Positions 20,675 to 30,351 of a DNA stretch of 58,146 bases are shown in pieces. The stretch's first letter is position 1. Each line of letters opens with the position of its first letter. The position numbers and the translations under genes were made by a program. The DNA lies in sequence record SRR20825019_428; one strand, given 5' to 3'. The notes under the pieces are model-generated. The model was given only the letters and a program-made list of their open reading frames with translations. It had not been told where the DNA came from and did no database searches.

Positions 20675-20708
20675 AGGCACCCCGTTTCATAGCGGGGTGC
20701 CTTTTTTT
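20675..20708 (+). terminator. Rho-independent terminator
   Basis: AGGCACCCCG / CGGGGTGCCT stem followed by a T run. Confidence 0.85.
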
Positions 20709-21049
20709 GCGTTTTGGCTTCGGAGCGGCTCACGTGCGAAGATCTTGCGGGGAAGATGGCACCTCATACGCCCTGAAGCGGCTTTCTTGCGCACTTGATG
20801 CACCGTTGGTCAAAATAATATTTAATTACAGCTCTGTATAAGAAATCATTCTCTTAAATTATGAGAAGGAGATAAAGGGTTTTGCTCGTTGGATCAGGGG
20901 ATGCAGAGAAAGCAATCTCACAGCGTGTTTAGTCGCTTGAACAGGGTAGACGTCAGTCACCGAATTTCTAGGTGTTGCCTATATATAGTTATCGCATAAT
21001 GTATATTATGGGAAATTACAGTGATATACTCCCTGTCAACGCACGGCGC

Positions 21050-22696
21050 TTATCCCCGGCCAAGCCGCCGGTCTTCGTCGGCCAGCCCCGGATCCCGATC
21101 CTTAACGTGGCCATAGCCGCCGCCGCCCGGTGTCTTCACGCGAACCCTGTCACCCGCCTTGAGCGGAATATCCTGTTCTTTCGAAAGATGCTCCGGGATG
21201 TATTTCACGCCATCACGCCAGACCTCGACCACATTCGGCGCGCCATCCTCGCCGCCGAGCGCGCCTTGAGGGCCGAAACGTCCATGATCCATCACAAAGC
21301 TTGCCCGGGCCTCACCACGCCGGAGTTCGATTTCATAATCAAGACCGAGGCCGCCACGGTGTTGTCCGGCCCCGCCTGATCCCTCGCGGAGTGCATAGCG
21401 GTGATAAAGCACCGGGAAGTTCTGCTCCATGATCTCGACCGGCGGTGCCTTTGAAATTCCGATGGTCGAACAGCCGTTGGACAGGCCGTCGTGATCGGCA
21501 TTGCCACCATAGCCGCCACCGGAAAGCTGATACATCACGAAGTCCCGGCCTTGTTCCGGATCGTGACCGCCGAGCGCGAAGTTACCGCTGGTACCGGCCG
21601 GAGACGCAGTCACCCGATGCGGTAAGGCTTCAACAAGGGCCGCGAACACGGCTTCCGCAATGCGCTGGCTTACTTCGGCGGCACATCCTGAAACCGGTCT
21701 CGGATAATGGGCGTCCAGAAATGTGCCCTCGGGCCGGATCACCTCGAGAGGCACGAAAGCGCCGGCGCTGATCGGCACTTCGGGAAAGATATGGCGCATG
21801 GCCAGATAGACCGAAGACAGCGTGGTCGCCAGGACGGAATTCATCGGCCCAAGACAAGGCGGACTGGAATCCGAGAAATCGAACCGCAAGTGTCCCGGTG
21901 TCTTTTCGACCGTGAGATTGATCGCCAGTGGCTCATTGACGACACCGTCGCTATCGACCCATGCCGTCGCGCTGTAATTTCCATCAGGGATTTCGTCGAT
22001 CAGGGTGCGCATCTGAGTTTCAGCCCGGACACGCAGTTCGGCGATCGCACCGCGCACCACATCATCGCCATAACGATCCAGCAGTGCGTTCAGTCTCTCC
22101 TCGCCCACAGCGAGCGCGGCCGCCTGCGCCTTGACGTCACCGATCCGCTGATCCGCGACCCGAATGTTCGAACAAATGATGGCGTAGATTTCCCGGTCGA
22201 GGACGCCTTCCTTGAAAAGCCGAACCGGCGGCAGTCGTAACCCCTCCTGCTCCACGGCCGTTGCCGAGGCAGAAAAGCCGCCAGGAACCGCGCCGCCCGT
22301 ATCCGGCCAGTGTCCGGTATTCGACAACCAGCAGAAAATTTCGCCATTCCGGTAAAACGGGCGGGCAAACCGCACATCCATCAGATGCGTGCCGCCGAGA
22401 TAGGGATCGTTGACAATATAGACGTCGTCGGGCTTTGGCGCCGGGGCGGTACCTGCCGCGATCATTTCGATCAGCGTGCGGGTGGAATATTGCATGGTCC
22501 CGACAAAAACCGGCAGACCGCCAGCCCCCTGAGCGATCAGGGAACCATCGTCAGCGGCGTAGATCCCGTCGGAACGGTCATTTGCTTCCGCGATCACCGG
22601 CGAGAAAGCAGCGCGCGAGAAGCTCAGATCCATTTCGTCACAGACTTGCTGCAAGCCGGCCTGGATGACCGAGAGCGTAATGGGGTCGATGCTCAT
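21050..22696 (-). CDS. Hydantoinase B / oxoprolinase family protein
   Basis: IDPITLSVI, FSPVIAEAND, NDPYLGGTHLMD, GHWPDTGGAVPGG, EGLRLPP, TPGGGGYG. Confidence 0.93.
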   Translation of the reverse strand: MSIDPITLSVIQAGLQQVCDEMDLSFSRAAFSPVIAEANDRSDGIYAADDGSLIAQGAGGLPVFVGTMQYSTRTLIEMIAAGTAPAPKPDDVYIVNDPYLGGTHLMDVRFARPFYRNGEIFCWLSNTGHWPDTGGAVPGGFSASATAVEQEGLRLPPVRLFKEGVLDREIYAIICSNIRVADQRIGDVKAQAAALAVGEERLNALLDRYGDDVVRGAIAELRVRAETQMRTLIDEIPDGNYSATAWVDSDGVVNEPLAINLTVEKTPGHLRFDFSDSSPPCLGPMNSVLATTLSSVYLAMRHIFPEVPISAGAFVPLEVIRPEGTFLDAHYPRPVSGCAAEVSQRIAEAVFAALVEALPHRVTASPAGTSGNFALGGHDPEQGRDFVMYQLSGGGYGGNADHDGLSNGCSTIGISKAPPVEIMEQNFPVLYHRYALREGSGGAGQHRGGLGLDYEIELRRGEARASFVMDHGRFGPQGALGGEDGAPNVVEVWRDGVKYIPEHLSKEQDIPLKAGDRVRVKTPGGGGYGHVKDRDPGLADEDRRLGRG

Positions 22697-24753
22697 GATC
22701 CGGCTCCTATATGGATCAGCAGATTGCCGTCCGCCGCTCCTTCAACCCGGTCTCCGGGCGGCACAAGGGTAGTGCAATCCAGTTGTTCGATCACTGCGGG
22801 CCCCGACAGGGATACATCCGCCGGAAGCGTGTCCCGCCGATAAACCGGTGTCTCATGCGCGATTCCGTCAAAGATCACGCTCCGCGTGCCCACAGGCACG
22901 GCTTCGGCTAAACGGCCTGCCGGGTCGATCAGACCAGAGAGATCCACCGGATCGCGCTTGCCGATGACCGAGCAATTGATATTGACGACGACGGCACTGA
23001 TCTCCGCCAGCTCCACCTTGAAGCGAGCCCAATATTCCGTCTCGAACCGGCTTCTCAACTGCTCTCGGCTCGGCGTTCCATCCTCCAGCGGCACGCGAAC
23101 GACATGGCTTTGCCCCTTGAATTGCATTTCCACGCTGAATTCCTTCTGGATGTCGCGAATGGAAATGCTCTCCCGTGCCAGTGCGTCTGTCCCTGCCCGC
23201 ACCTGCTGCTCGAAGATGCCGCAAAGTTGTTCAATATCAAGAAAATCGAGCGGCTGGTTGATGGTTTGGACGAAGTCGTGGCGCAAATCGGCCACGATGC
23301 ATCCCAGGGCATTCGTGATACCGGGACGCGCCGGAATCAGAACCCGCGGTACGCCTAACTCCCGTGCGAGGGCCGCCGCATGCAAAGGCCCGGCTCCACC
23401 AAAGGCGAAGAGCGCGAAATCCCGGGGGTCAGCGCCAAGGGAAAGTGAAACCATACGGATTGCGCCTGCCATCTTGGCGTTGGCGATCCGGATCACCGCT
23501 TCGGCGGCTTCAATACCGTCAACGCCAAGCGGCTCGCCAAGGTCACGGCGGAAAATATCCTCAACCGCCGCGCGGGAGATGCCCCCCTCGACGGAATTCA
23601 GACGTTCGGGATTCAGCCGGCCGAGTAAAAGGTTGGCGTCCGAGATCGTGGGGCGGGAGCCCCCTCGTCCGTAGCAGATAGGACCAGGTTCGGCACCGGC
23701 GCTCTCGGGACCGACTTCAAGCAGGCCCGCTGCATTGACAGAGGCGATCGAGCCGCCGCCCGCACCGACCGTCCGGACATCGACCATCGGGACGTGGATC
23801 GGCATCGCATATTCGATTTCGATCTCGTTGGAGACAGGAGGATTTCCGCCACGGATCAGCGCAACATCAGTAGAGGTGCCGCCCATATCGTAGGTGAGCA
23901 AATTCACCTCGCCCGCGCGCCGTCCCGTATAGGCTGCCGCCATCACGCCCGATGCCGGCCCGGACATCACCGTCTTGGCTGCCGCGCTGGCCACCATCCT
24001 GGAGGAAACCATGCCGCCGTTTCCGTTCATCACCAGCACGTCGCCGGCATATCCCTTATCCGCCAGCTCCTTTCGAAGCCGGGCGATATAGACCTCCAGG
24101 ATCGGCTGCACAGATGCATTTACCGCCGCCGTGACCCCACGCTCGAACTCACGGGTTTCCGACAGCAGGGCATGCCCCATGGTGATGTAGCTGTTTGGCC
24201 AGACCTCGGCCGCGATCTCTGCCGCCCGGCGTTCATGGTCCGGATTGGCATAGGCATGGAGAAAATGGATAACCAGCGCTTCGCATCCGAGCCCGACCAG
24301 AGTCTTCGCGGCCTGACGCACCGCATCTTCGTCGAGCTGTGTGACCACAGCTCCCGAGGCATCCATCCTCTCGGGCACTTCAAGGCGCAGATCGCGCGGA
24401 ATGATTGGCCGGAAAACGCCTTTCATTCCATAAGCCTGAGGTCTGGTACGCCGACCAAGCTCCAGAATGTCCCGGAAGCCGGCAGTCGTGATCAGCCCGG
24501 TCTTCGCCAGTTTGCGCTCAAGGACGGCGTTGGTCGTCGTCGTCGTCCCGTGGACGATCAGATCGACGGCGCTTGGATCGACACCCGCCTCGGCAATGGC
24601 GTTCAGTACGCCAAATGCCTGATTGTCCAGTGTGGTCGCCGTCTTCGCCATCCGGATACTGCCGGTATCCGGATCAAGCATGACGAGATCCGTGAAGGTT
24701 CCGCCGACATCGACGCCGATGATTCCGCCTTTAGCCAAGACCCCGCCCGCCAT
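22693..24753 (-). CDS. Hydantoinase A / oxoprolinase family protein (ATP-binding subunit)
   Basis: GVDVGGTFTD, HGTTTTTNAVLE, SGPASG, DMGGTSTD, GAGGGSIA, GPESAGAEPGP, FGGAGPLH; ATG 24753 preferred over the ORF-track TTG at 24777. Confidence 0.93.
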   Translation of the reverse strand: MAGGVLAKGGIIGVDVGGTFTDLVMLDPDTGSIRMAKTATTLDNQAFGVLNAIAEAGVDPSAVDLIVHGTTTTTNAVLERKLAKTGLITTAGFRDILELGRRTRPQAYGMKGVFRPIIPRDLRLEVPERMDASGAVVTQLDEDAVRQAAKTLVGLGCEALVIHFLHAYANPDHERRAAEIAAEVWPNSYITMGHALLSETREFERGVTAAVNASVQPILEVYIARLRKELADKGYAGDVLVMNGNGGMVSSRMVASAAAKTVMSGPASGVMAAAYTGRRAGEVNLLTYDMGGTSTDVALIRGGNPPVSNEIEIEYAMPIHVPMVDVRTVGAGGGSIASVNAAGLLEVGPESAGAEPGPICYGRGGSRPTISDANLLLGRLNPERLNSVEGGISRAAVEDIFRRDLGEPLGVDGIEAAEAVIRIANAKMAGAIRMVSLSLGADPRDFALFAFGGAGPLHAAALARELGVPRVLIPARPGITNALGCIVADLRHDFVQTINQPLDFLDIEQLCGIFEQQVRAGTDALARESISIRDIQKEFSVEMQFKGQSHVVRVPLEDGTPSREQLRSRFETEYWARFKVELAEISAVVVNINCSVIGKRDPVDLSGLIDPAGRLAEAVPVGTRSVIFDGIAHETPVYRRDTLPADVSLSGPAVIEQLDCTTLVPPGDRVEGAADGNLLIHIGAGS

Positions 24754-24799
24754 AGTTTGTTTCCGCAGCTCGCGCAAGTTTGTTTCCGCAGCTCGCGCA
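24754..24799. repeat. Perfect 23-bp direct tandem duplication
   Basis: AGTTTGTTTCCGCAGCTCGCGCA at 24754-24776 and 24777-24799. Confidence 0.95.
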
Positions 24800-24807
24800 C
24801 CGCAGAT

Positions 24808-24823
24808 TACTTGTATACAAATA
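24808..24823. promoter_or_regulatory. Putative MarR operator, copy 1
   Basis: TACTTGTATACAAATA upstream of hydantoinase A; similar palindromes at 27071, 32220 and 38701. Confidence 0.7.
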
Positions 24824-24842
24824 AAAACGTGGCGCGCGACTT

Positions 24843-25616
24843 TTAGTCAACCTTAATCGAGATCGCGGCCGTGACCGGCGTTCCATCGACGACATAGGCG
24901 CGGTGATCGTTGGTGTTCAGTGTCACCCGGACTTCATGCAGCCCCTGCGGCAAGCCGCCTATATGTGCTTGCGGCTCATAAAGCCGCCCCAGCTTGACAC
25001 CGCCAACATAGATGTGGCCGTGCCCCATGCCCGGCACGTGGTAAAGCCCCGCAAGTTCCTTGGAAAACCGGAAATCCTCGGCATTGACCTGCAGGCGCCA
25101 ACCCTCTCCCTCCGGAGCCACCGAAAGGGAAATCTCGGGTGCCGGCTCACCCTCCCCGACAGCACAAATCTCACCGAGACCGAACAGCCCGACTTCGCTG
25201 GCCGCCCCCTCTTTCGCCGGGTCAGATAGACGGGCTTTGATCGTTATCTTGCCCGCCTTGGCAAAAGTCAGCTCTACGGGCAGCAAGGTGCCGTCGGCCA
25301 TGGGGGACTCGATATCACTCAGACGAATATGCGCCCCGTCCAGAGCAAGCGCGGCCGGGCCGGCCGGGATCGGCAGGCCGGGTGTCTCGATCGGGCTGTA
25401 AAGACTGGCCAGGCCTGCACTGCTGAAGGCCCCGATCAGGCGGTCCGGCTCACCCGTATTCTGGATATTCAGAAAGATTGCGGCATCCTGGTCATTTAAG
25501 GGTTTCGCAACAGCGTCACTGACCAGAAGATGTGTCGCGCTTCCATCTCGCATGGAGCCCCACCACAATCCGCCGGCCATCGCAGCCAAGACCAAAAAAA
25601 TCAGGATGGTTCTCAT
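24843..25616 (-). CDS. Exported protein: degenerate PCuAC-like domain plus His-containing beta domain
   Basis: N-terminal anchor; AAIFLNIQNTGEPDRLIGA...HIRL...VELTFAKAGKITI resembles PCuAC; C-terminal GMGHGHIYVGGVKLGRLY...LNTNDH. Confidence 0.65.
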   Translation of the reverse strand: MRTILIFLVLAAMAGGLWWGSMRDGSATHLLVSDAVAKPLNDQDAAIFLNIQNTGEPDRLIGAFSSAGLASLYSPIETPGLPIPAGPAALALDGAHIRLSDIESPMADGTLLPVELTFAKAGKITIKARLSDPAKEGAASEVGLFGLGEICAVGEGEPAPEISLSVAPEGEGWRLQVNAEDFRFSKELAGLYHVPGMGHGHIYVGGVKLGRLYEPQAHIGGLPQGLHEVRVTLNTNDHRAYVVDGTPVTAAISIKVD

Positions 25617-25643
25617 GACGCCACTCTCACATGGAAATACCCT

Positions 25644-27020
25644 ATGACAGTGCGGAAATTGATTTTTGCGGTCAAGCTGGCGGTCCTCTGGCCGGGAACG
25701 GCATGGGCTCACGCATCCGAGCAGGGATTCGTGCTGCTGCTGCCGACCGGCGTTTATACGGCGTCCGGTGTTGCCGTGGTCGCACTCACCGTGGCCTTGC
25801 TGATCGCCATTCCGGGCCGTTTCATTCTGACACTGTTTCGCGAGCGCAGTTTCGCGGCTCCGGCATCGGAAAATCTTCGGACAATCACCAGCCTCATATC
25901 TTTTCTGGGGATGCTGGCGGCGATCTATATCGGCCTCACCGGACCGCGCGATCCCTTGTCCAACCTGATGCCGCTGATGTTCTGGACTATCGGCTGGATC
26001 GGCTTCGTCAGCCTGACGGGATTGTTAGGAGATCTGTTTTTCTGGCTCAATCCCTGGACCGGCCTTTACCGCCTTCTCGGCCCAATACGGCCGTTGGTTC
26101 ATCTACCTTCCCGGCTTGGCGTCTGGCCGGCTGTACTGCTGTTGATCGGATTCGCTGCCTTTCTGCTTGCGGATATCGCTCCCGACGATCCGGGCCGTCT
26201 GGCCAAGCTGGTGGGGCTTTACTGGCTTGCGATGATGACGGGCCTGGTTCTGTGCGGGCCGAACTGGCTGGGGCAGGTTGAGCTCGGGTCGGTTCTGTCC
26301 GCGCGCTATGCGGGGCTGGCACCGGTACGGACCGGAAATCAGGCGGGTGCCGGTGTCCCCGGCTGGCGTCTGATCGGCCGCAAGCCTGTTCCCGCTGCCG
26401 GGATATTCGCCTTGACCCTGCTCGCCGTCGGCAGCTTCGACGGGATAAACGAAACCTTCTGGTGGCTTGGAGTCATCGGGATCAATCCACTTGAATTCCC
26501 CGGCCGCTCGGCCGTTGTCGCGCCCACGATCCTCGGTCTGTTCGGTGCGGTCATCGTATTACCCATGGTATTTGCCATAACCGTATGGCTGGGCCTGACT
26601 GCGGCCCGGGCAAAAGCAAAATTCACAGACGTGTTCGAACGGCTCGCACTGAGTTTGCTGCCGATCGCGTTTGCCTATCATATCGCCCATTACCTGACCT
26701 CCTTCCTGGTGAACGGCCAATATACCCTTGGCGCCCTGAACGATCCTTTCGCGCGCGGCGCGGATGTCCTGGGGCTTGCGCCGTTTCATGTCACCACAGG
26801 TTTCTTCAACAGTATCGGTACAGTCGAGATCATCTGGCTGTCTCAAGCGGGTGCGGTCGTCCTGGGGCATGTATGGTCCGTACTGCTGGCGCACCGGATG
26901 GCCCTCGATCTGTTTCCGGAGAACCGTCGTGCCGTTCTGGTCACGCTGCCACTCTCTATTTTCATGATTTTGTACACATTTTTAGGATTATGGTTGCTCG
27001 CGGCTCCGAGGGGAGCATGA
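25644..27020 (+). CDS. Conserved multi-pass membrane protein of unknown function
   Basis: Signal-like N-terminus ending AWAHASEQ; about 10-11 hydrophobic segments; LNPW, SLLPIAFAYHIAHY, VLGHVWSVLLAH motifs. Confidence 0.75.
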   Translation: MTVRKLIFAVKLAVLWPGTAWAHASEQGFVLLLPTGVYTASGVAVVALTVALLIAIPGRFILTLFRERSFAAPASENLRTITSLISFLGMLAAIYIGLTGPRDPLSNLMPLMFWTIGWIGFVSLTGLLGDLFFWLNPWTGLYRLLGPIRPLVHLPSRLGVWPAVLLLIGFAAFLLADIAPDDPGRLAKLVGLYWLAMMTGLVLCGPNWLGQVELGSVLSARYAGLAPVRTGNQAGAGVPGWRLIGRKPVPAAGIFALTLLAVGSFDGINETFWWLGVIGINPLEFPGRSAVVAPTILGLFGAVIVLPMVFAITVWLGLTAARAKAKFTDVFERLALSLLPIAFAYHIAHYLTSFLVNGQYTLGALNDPFARGADVLGLAPFHVTTGFFNSIGTVEIIWLSQAGAVVLGHVWSVLLAHRMALDLFPENRRAVLVTLPLSIFMILYTFLGLWLLAAPRGA

Positions 27021-27070
27021 GCGTCATCTCAGATCGACCGCACCTGTCCGGAAGAAACCGCTGGACATGT

Positions 27071-27086
27071 TGCATGTATACAAACA
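27071..27086. promoter_or_regulatory. Putative MarR operator, copy 2
   Basis: TGCATGTATACAAACA upstream of the ABC binding-protein gene. Confidence 0.7.
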
Positions 27087-27149
27087 AACTTTTCGCGAGG
27101 TTAAGCGGACCATTCAAAAACCAGCGCCTCGCCAACAGGGAGACTGCCG

Positions 27150-28427
27150 ATGTTTAACAAGTTACCAAGTCGCCGAACTCTCATAAAAGGGGCGGCGGCC
27201 AGCGGCCTTTTGGCGGCTGTTCCTTTGTCTGGCCGATTTGCCCAGGCTCAATCCTCCGCTCCGATCAAGATCGGCTTCCAGCAGCATTCAACGGGAATTG
27301 GCGCTGCCTACGGACGCTGGTACGGACGGACAACCGCTGCCGCGGTCAAGGCGATCAACGATGCCGGCGGGATCAACGGCCGTCCGGTCGAAATTGTCGC
27401 CGAGGATGACGGAACCGATCCCAAGCGTGGGGCGGAAGTGGTCGAGAAGTTTGCCAATCAGCATGGTTGCGACGTGGCGTTCGGAACACTCTTCAGCCAC
27501 GTGGTCTACGGCTCGGCCCCCGCTGCCGGGGAGCTCAAGATCCCCTATTTCGTGGTCTCCGAAGGTCATCACGTGGCCAGCGGCAAGTTGAACCGCTACA
27601 CGCTTCAACCCGGTATCACCGACGTGAAGAGCCAGGTTCAGGCCATGGCACCGTTCATCGGCAAAAATCTTGGCAAGAAGGTCACGATGATCTTCCCGGA
27701 TTTCGCCTTTGGCCACGATCATCGTGATTTCTTTACCTCGGCTATCGAGGCGCAGGGCGGCGAGGTGCTCGAGCACATTGCGATCCCGCCGAGCGAAACG
27801 TCCTTCACCAAGTATTTCCCGCGTATCCCGCGTGAGACAGAGGTGATCTACCATGTCATGGTCGGCCCGGGCGTCCTGACTTTCGTCAAGGAACTGGGAG
27901 AATTTTTCGGCCCGTCCAGGCCTGAAATCTTCGGCTTCATCGACAGCCTGGAAGCTGTCGATCTCTCCTCTCCCGGTCTGGATTTCCTGGAAGGGACTTA
28001 CTTCTGGGAAGGCAATCCACGTTATGCGCAAGCCGATCAGACCAGTTTCGACAAGAACTATCGCACAGCCGTAGGCGTCGACGAGAACGGGGCTTCGGTC
28101 TCCGATCCGAAAGACGTCTCCACTTACGCGCACATGTTCGGATGCTGGGAGACGCTGAATATCATCAAGGCGGGAATGGAATCCTCCGGTTATCAGGGGC
28201 CGTCTGATCGCCAGAAGCTGATTGAAGCCGTCGAAGCGATCACCGACATCCCGGAGAGCGACGCTCATCCGCAAGGCCCAAAACTGTTCAACGGCAAGAC
28301 CCACCAGGTCTTCGGCGTGCAGTACATCTCCCGGGTCGAAAACGGAAAGCTGGTAAAGGTTCACACCACGTCCATCGAGGACACGCTGTATCCGGACGAA
28401 GTCGACTACACGAAGATGTCCTTCTGA
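27150..28427 (+). CDS. Liv/HAAT-family ABC substrate-binding protein, Tat signal
   Basis: SRRTLIKG twin-arginine signal; IKIG...INDAGGINGRPVEIVAEDDGTDP. Confidence 0.9.
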   Translation: MFNKLPSRRTLIKGAAASGLLAAVPLSGRFAQAQSSAPIKIGFQQHSTGIGAAYGRWYGRTTAAAVKAINDAGGINGRPVEIVAEDDGTDPKRGAEVVEKFANQHGCDVAFGTLFSHVVYGSAPAAGELKIPYFVVSEGHHVASGKLNRYTLQPGITDVKSQVQAMAPFIGKNLGKKVTMIFPDFAFGHDHRDFFTSAIEAQGGEVLEHIAIPPSETSFTKYFPRIPRETEVIYHVMVGPGVLTFVKELGEFFGPSRPEIFGFIDSLEAVDLSSPGLDFLEGTYFWEGNPRYAQADQTSFDKNYRTAVGVDENGASVSDPKDVSTYAHMFGCWETLNIIKAGMESSGYQGPSDRQKLIEAVEAITDIPESDAHPQGPKLFNGKTHQVFGVQYISRVENGKLVKVHTTSIEDTLYPDEVDYTKMSF

Positions 28428-28443
28428 TCACTTTTTAGGAGCG

Positions 28444-28464
28444 CCGGAGCCCAGTGGGCTCCGG
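28444..28464 (+). other. Intercistronic stem-loop after the binding-protein gene
   Basis: CCGGAGCCC-AGT-GGGCTCCGG; such hairpins often stabilise the SBP part of the mRNA. Confidence 0.55.
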
Positions 28465-28483
28465 TTCGCTATTCCAGAGAAAA

Positions 28484-29410
28484 ATGGATTTTGGTCCTCA
28501 CCTTCTGCTCGCCTCGCTAGAGGGCGCTGTCGGCGCTGCCGTGCTCGCATTGACCGCGCTAGGCCTCTCGCTGGTGTTCGGCGTCATGCGGGTCGTCAAT
28601 GTCGCGCATGGCGAATTCTTCATGTTGGGCGCCGTTGCCACGTGGTTTGTAGCCTCGATTATTCCGGGACACCCGGCCATCGCCTTTCTGGCGGCCCTGG
28701 TGATCGCTCCCCTGTTTGCCGCCGCGCTGGCCATTGCCGCAGACCATCTGGTCCTGAAGCATGTCGATTACGATCCGGAAGCGACGATCGTCGCCACCAT
28801 CGGCATCCTCTACATTCTCCAGCAAGCAGTGCTGATGACATACGGGCCGGAAGCGCGCCCCGTCGAGCCGCCCTTCAACAGCCGCATCGCCCTGCCCTGG
28901 TTCGAATTTGGCGAAGCTGGTCTGCAACTTTATTACCCATGGGGCTTTGGCACGACGAGCTACAAGCTGTTCGTCATCGGTGCCGCCATGTTCATTCTTG
29001 TCGGGTTCTGGCTGTTGTTTTCCCGCACGCGCCTTGGACTGGTGCTGCGTGCGACCCAGCTTGACCGGGAAACCGCACAGGCTTTCGGTATCTCAGTTCA
29101 GCGGGTCTATTCGCTTGTCTTTGGCCTCGGCGCAGGCCTCGCCGCCCTGGCAGCTGTCCTGATCGTGCCGATCCAGCAGGCGCATTATCTGATGGGCGGC
29201 GACCCGCTCCTGCTGAGCTTTATCGTTGTCATCATCGGCGGCCTCGGCTCGATCCGCGGCACTGTCGTCGCCGCGATCATCATCGGCATGTCCGACGGCA
29301 TCATCTCGGTGTTTTTCAGCCCGACGCTCGCCAAGATCATCGCCACCATGCTGGTCGCGCTGATTCTGGTCTTCCGTCCGCAAGGCCTTTACGGGAAGAA
29401 ACCGTCATGA
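28484..29410 (+). CDS. Branched-chain amino acid-type ABC permease (LivH-like)
   Basis: ALGLSLVFGVMRVVNVAHGEF; VIIGGLGSIRG; RPQGL. Confidence 0.92.
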   Translation: MDFGPHLLLASLEGAVGAAVLALTALGLSLVFGVMRVVNVAHGEFFMLGAVATWFVASIIPGHPAIAFLAALVIAPLFAAALAIAADHLVLKHVDYDPEATIVATIGILYILQQAVLMTYGPEARPVEPPFNSRIALPWFEFGEAGLQLYYPWGFGTTSYKLFVIGAAMFILVGFWLLFSRTRLGLVLRATQLDRETAQAFGISVQRVYSLVFGLGAGLAALAAVLIVPIQQAHYLMGGDPLLLSFIVVIIGGLGSIRGTVVAAIIIGMSDGIISVFFSPTLAKIIATMLVALILVFRPQGLYGKKPS

Positions 29411-30351
29411 GTACCGTCAGACGCGAGACCGTACTTCATGTCGGCCTGATCGGTGTGCTTTTCTGCCTGTGCTTCCTGCTCCCCGCCTACCATCAGGGGA
29501 ATCTGGCGCGGATCATGGTGCTGGCCACCTATGCGGTCGGCTACAATGTGCTGTTCGGCTACACGGGATTGCTCAGCCTTGGCCATGCGATGTTTTTCGC
29601 CGCTGGCATGTATGGGCTTGGGCTTGCCATGCAATATGGCAGCGTCCCCGCGCTTCCGGCTTTCTTCCTGGGGATACTGGCGGCGGCGGTTCTGGCGGCT
29701 TTGGTTGCCGTGCTCGCGCTCAGAACAATCGGCGTGGCGTTCATGATCGTCACCCTGATGTTCGCGCAGGCGGCTTTTCTGACGATCCTTCATTTCGGTG
29801 AATGGACGCGCGGCGACGAAGGGTTTGTGCTGCCACAGGCAACCCGGCAGATCGCCGGACTGGACCTGACCGACCCGGTGACCCGCTATCTCGCGGCGCT
29901 GCTGCTCTTTTCAACTGTTTTGCTTATCACCGCCCGGATCATGCAGGTCTCTTTCGGTCATGTTCTCGTCGCTGTGCGCGAAAACGAAGAGCGGACGCAG
30001 ATGCTCGGATATAACGTCTTCAGGCATAAATTCGTGGCTGTGGTGATTTCGGGGTCGATCGCGGGGGCGGCTGGTGCCGGTTATGCGCTGCTGTTCGGGT
30101 ATGTCGGCGCGACTTTCGCCTCTGTCCATTACTCCATCTTCCCGCTGCTCTGGGTGTTGCTCGGCGGTGCAGGCACGACCATCGGCCCGCTGGTCGGCGC
30201 GGCCTTCATGTTCTACCTGATCGACTATTCCAGCGGTCTGACCAGCGCCTACATGATCATCGCCGGTCTGGTGCTTGTCCTTCTGACCCTGTTTGCCAGG
30301 GCCGGGATCGTGGGGGAAATCCGGCGGCGCTGGGTGCCGTGGTTGCCATGA
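29407..30351 (+). CDS. ABC permease (LivM-like)
   Basis: GYTGLLSLGHAMFF; AVRENEER; LLGGAGTTIGP. Confidence 0.92.
   Translation: MSTVRRETVLHVGLIGVLFCLCFLLPAYHQGNLARIMVLATYAVGYNVLFGYTGLLSLGHAMFFAAGMYGLGLAMQYGSVPALPAFFLGILAAAVLAALVAVLALRTIGVAFMIVTLMFAQAAFLTILHFGEWTRGDEGFVLPQATRQIAGLDLTDPVTRYLAALLLFSTVLLITARIMQVSFGHVLVAVRENEERTQMLGYNVFRHKFVAVVISGSIAGAAGAGYALLFGYVGATFASVHYSIFPLLWVLLGGAGTTIGPLVGAAFMFYLIDYSSGLTSAYMIIAGLVLVLLTLFARAGIVGEIRRRWVPWLP

Noticed and set aside
24754-24799. Possible CRISPR repeat
   Set aside because: Only two adjacent copies, no spacer, no cas genes
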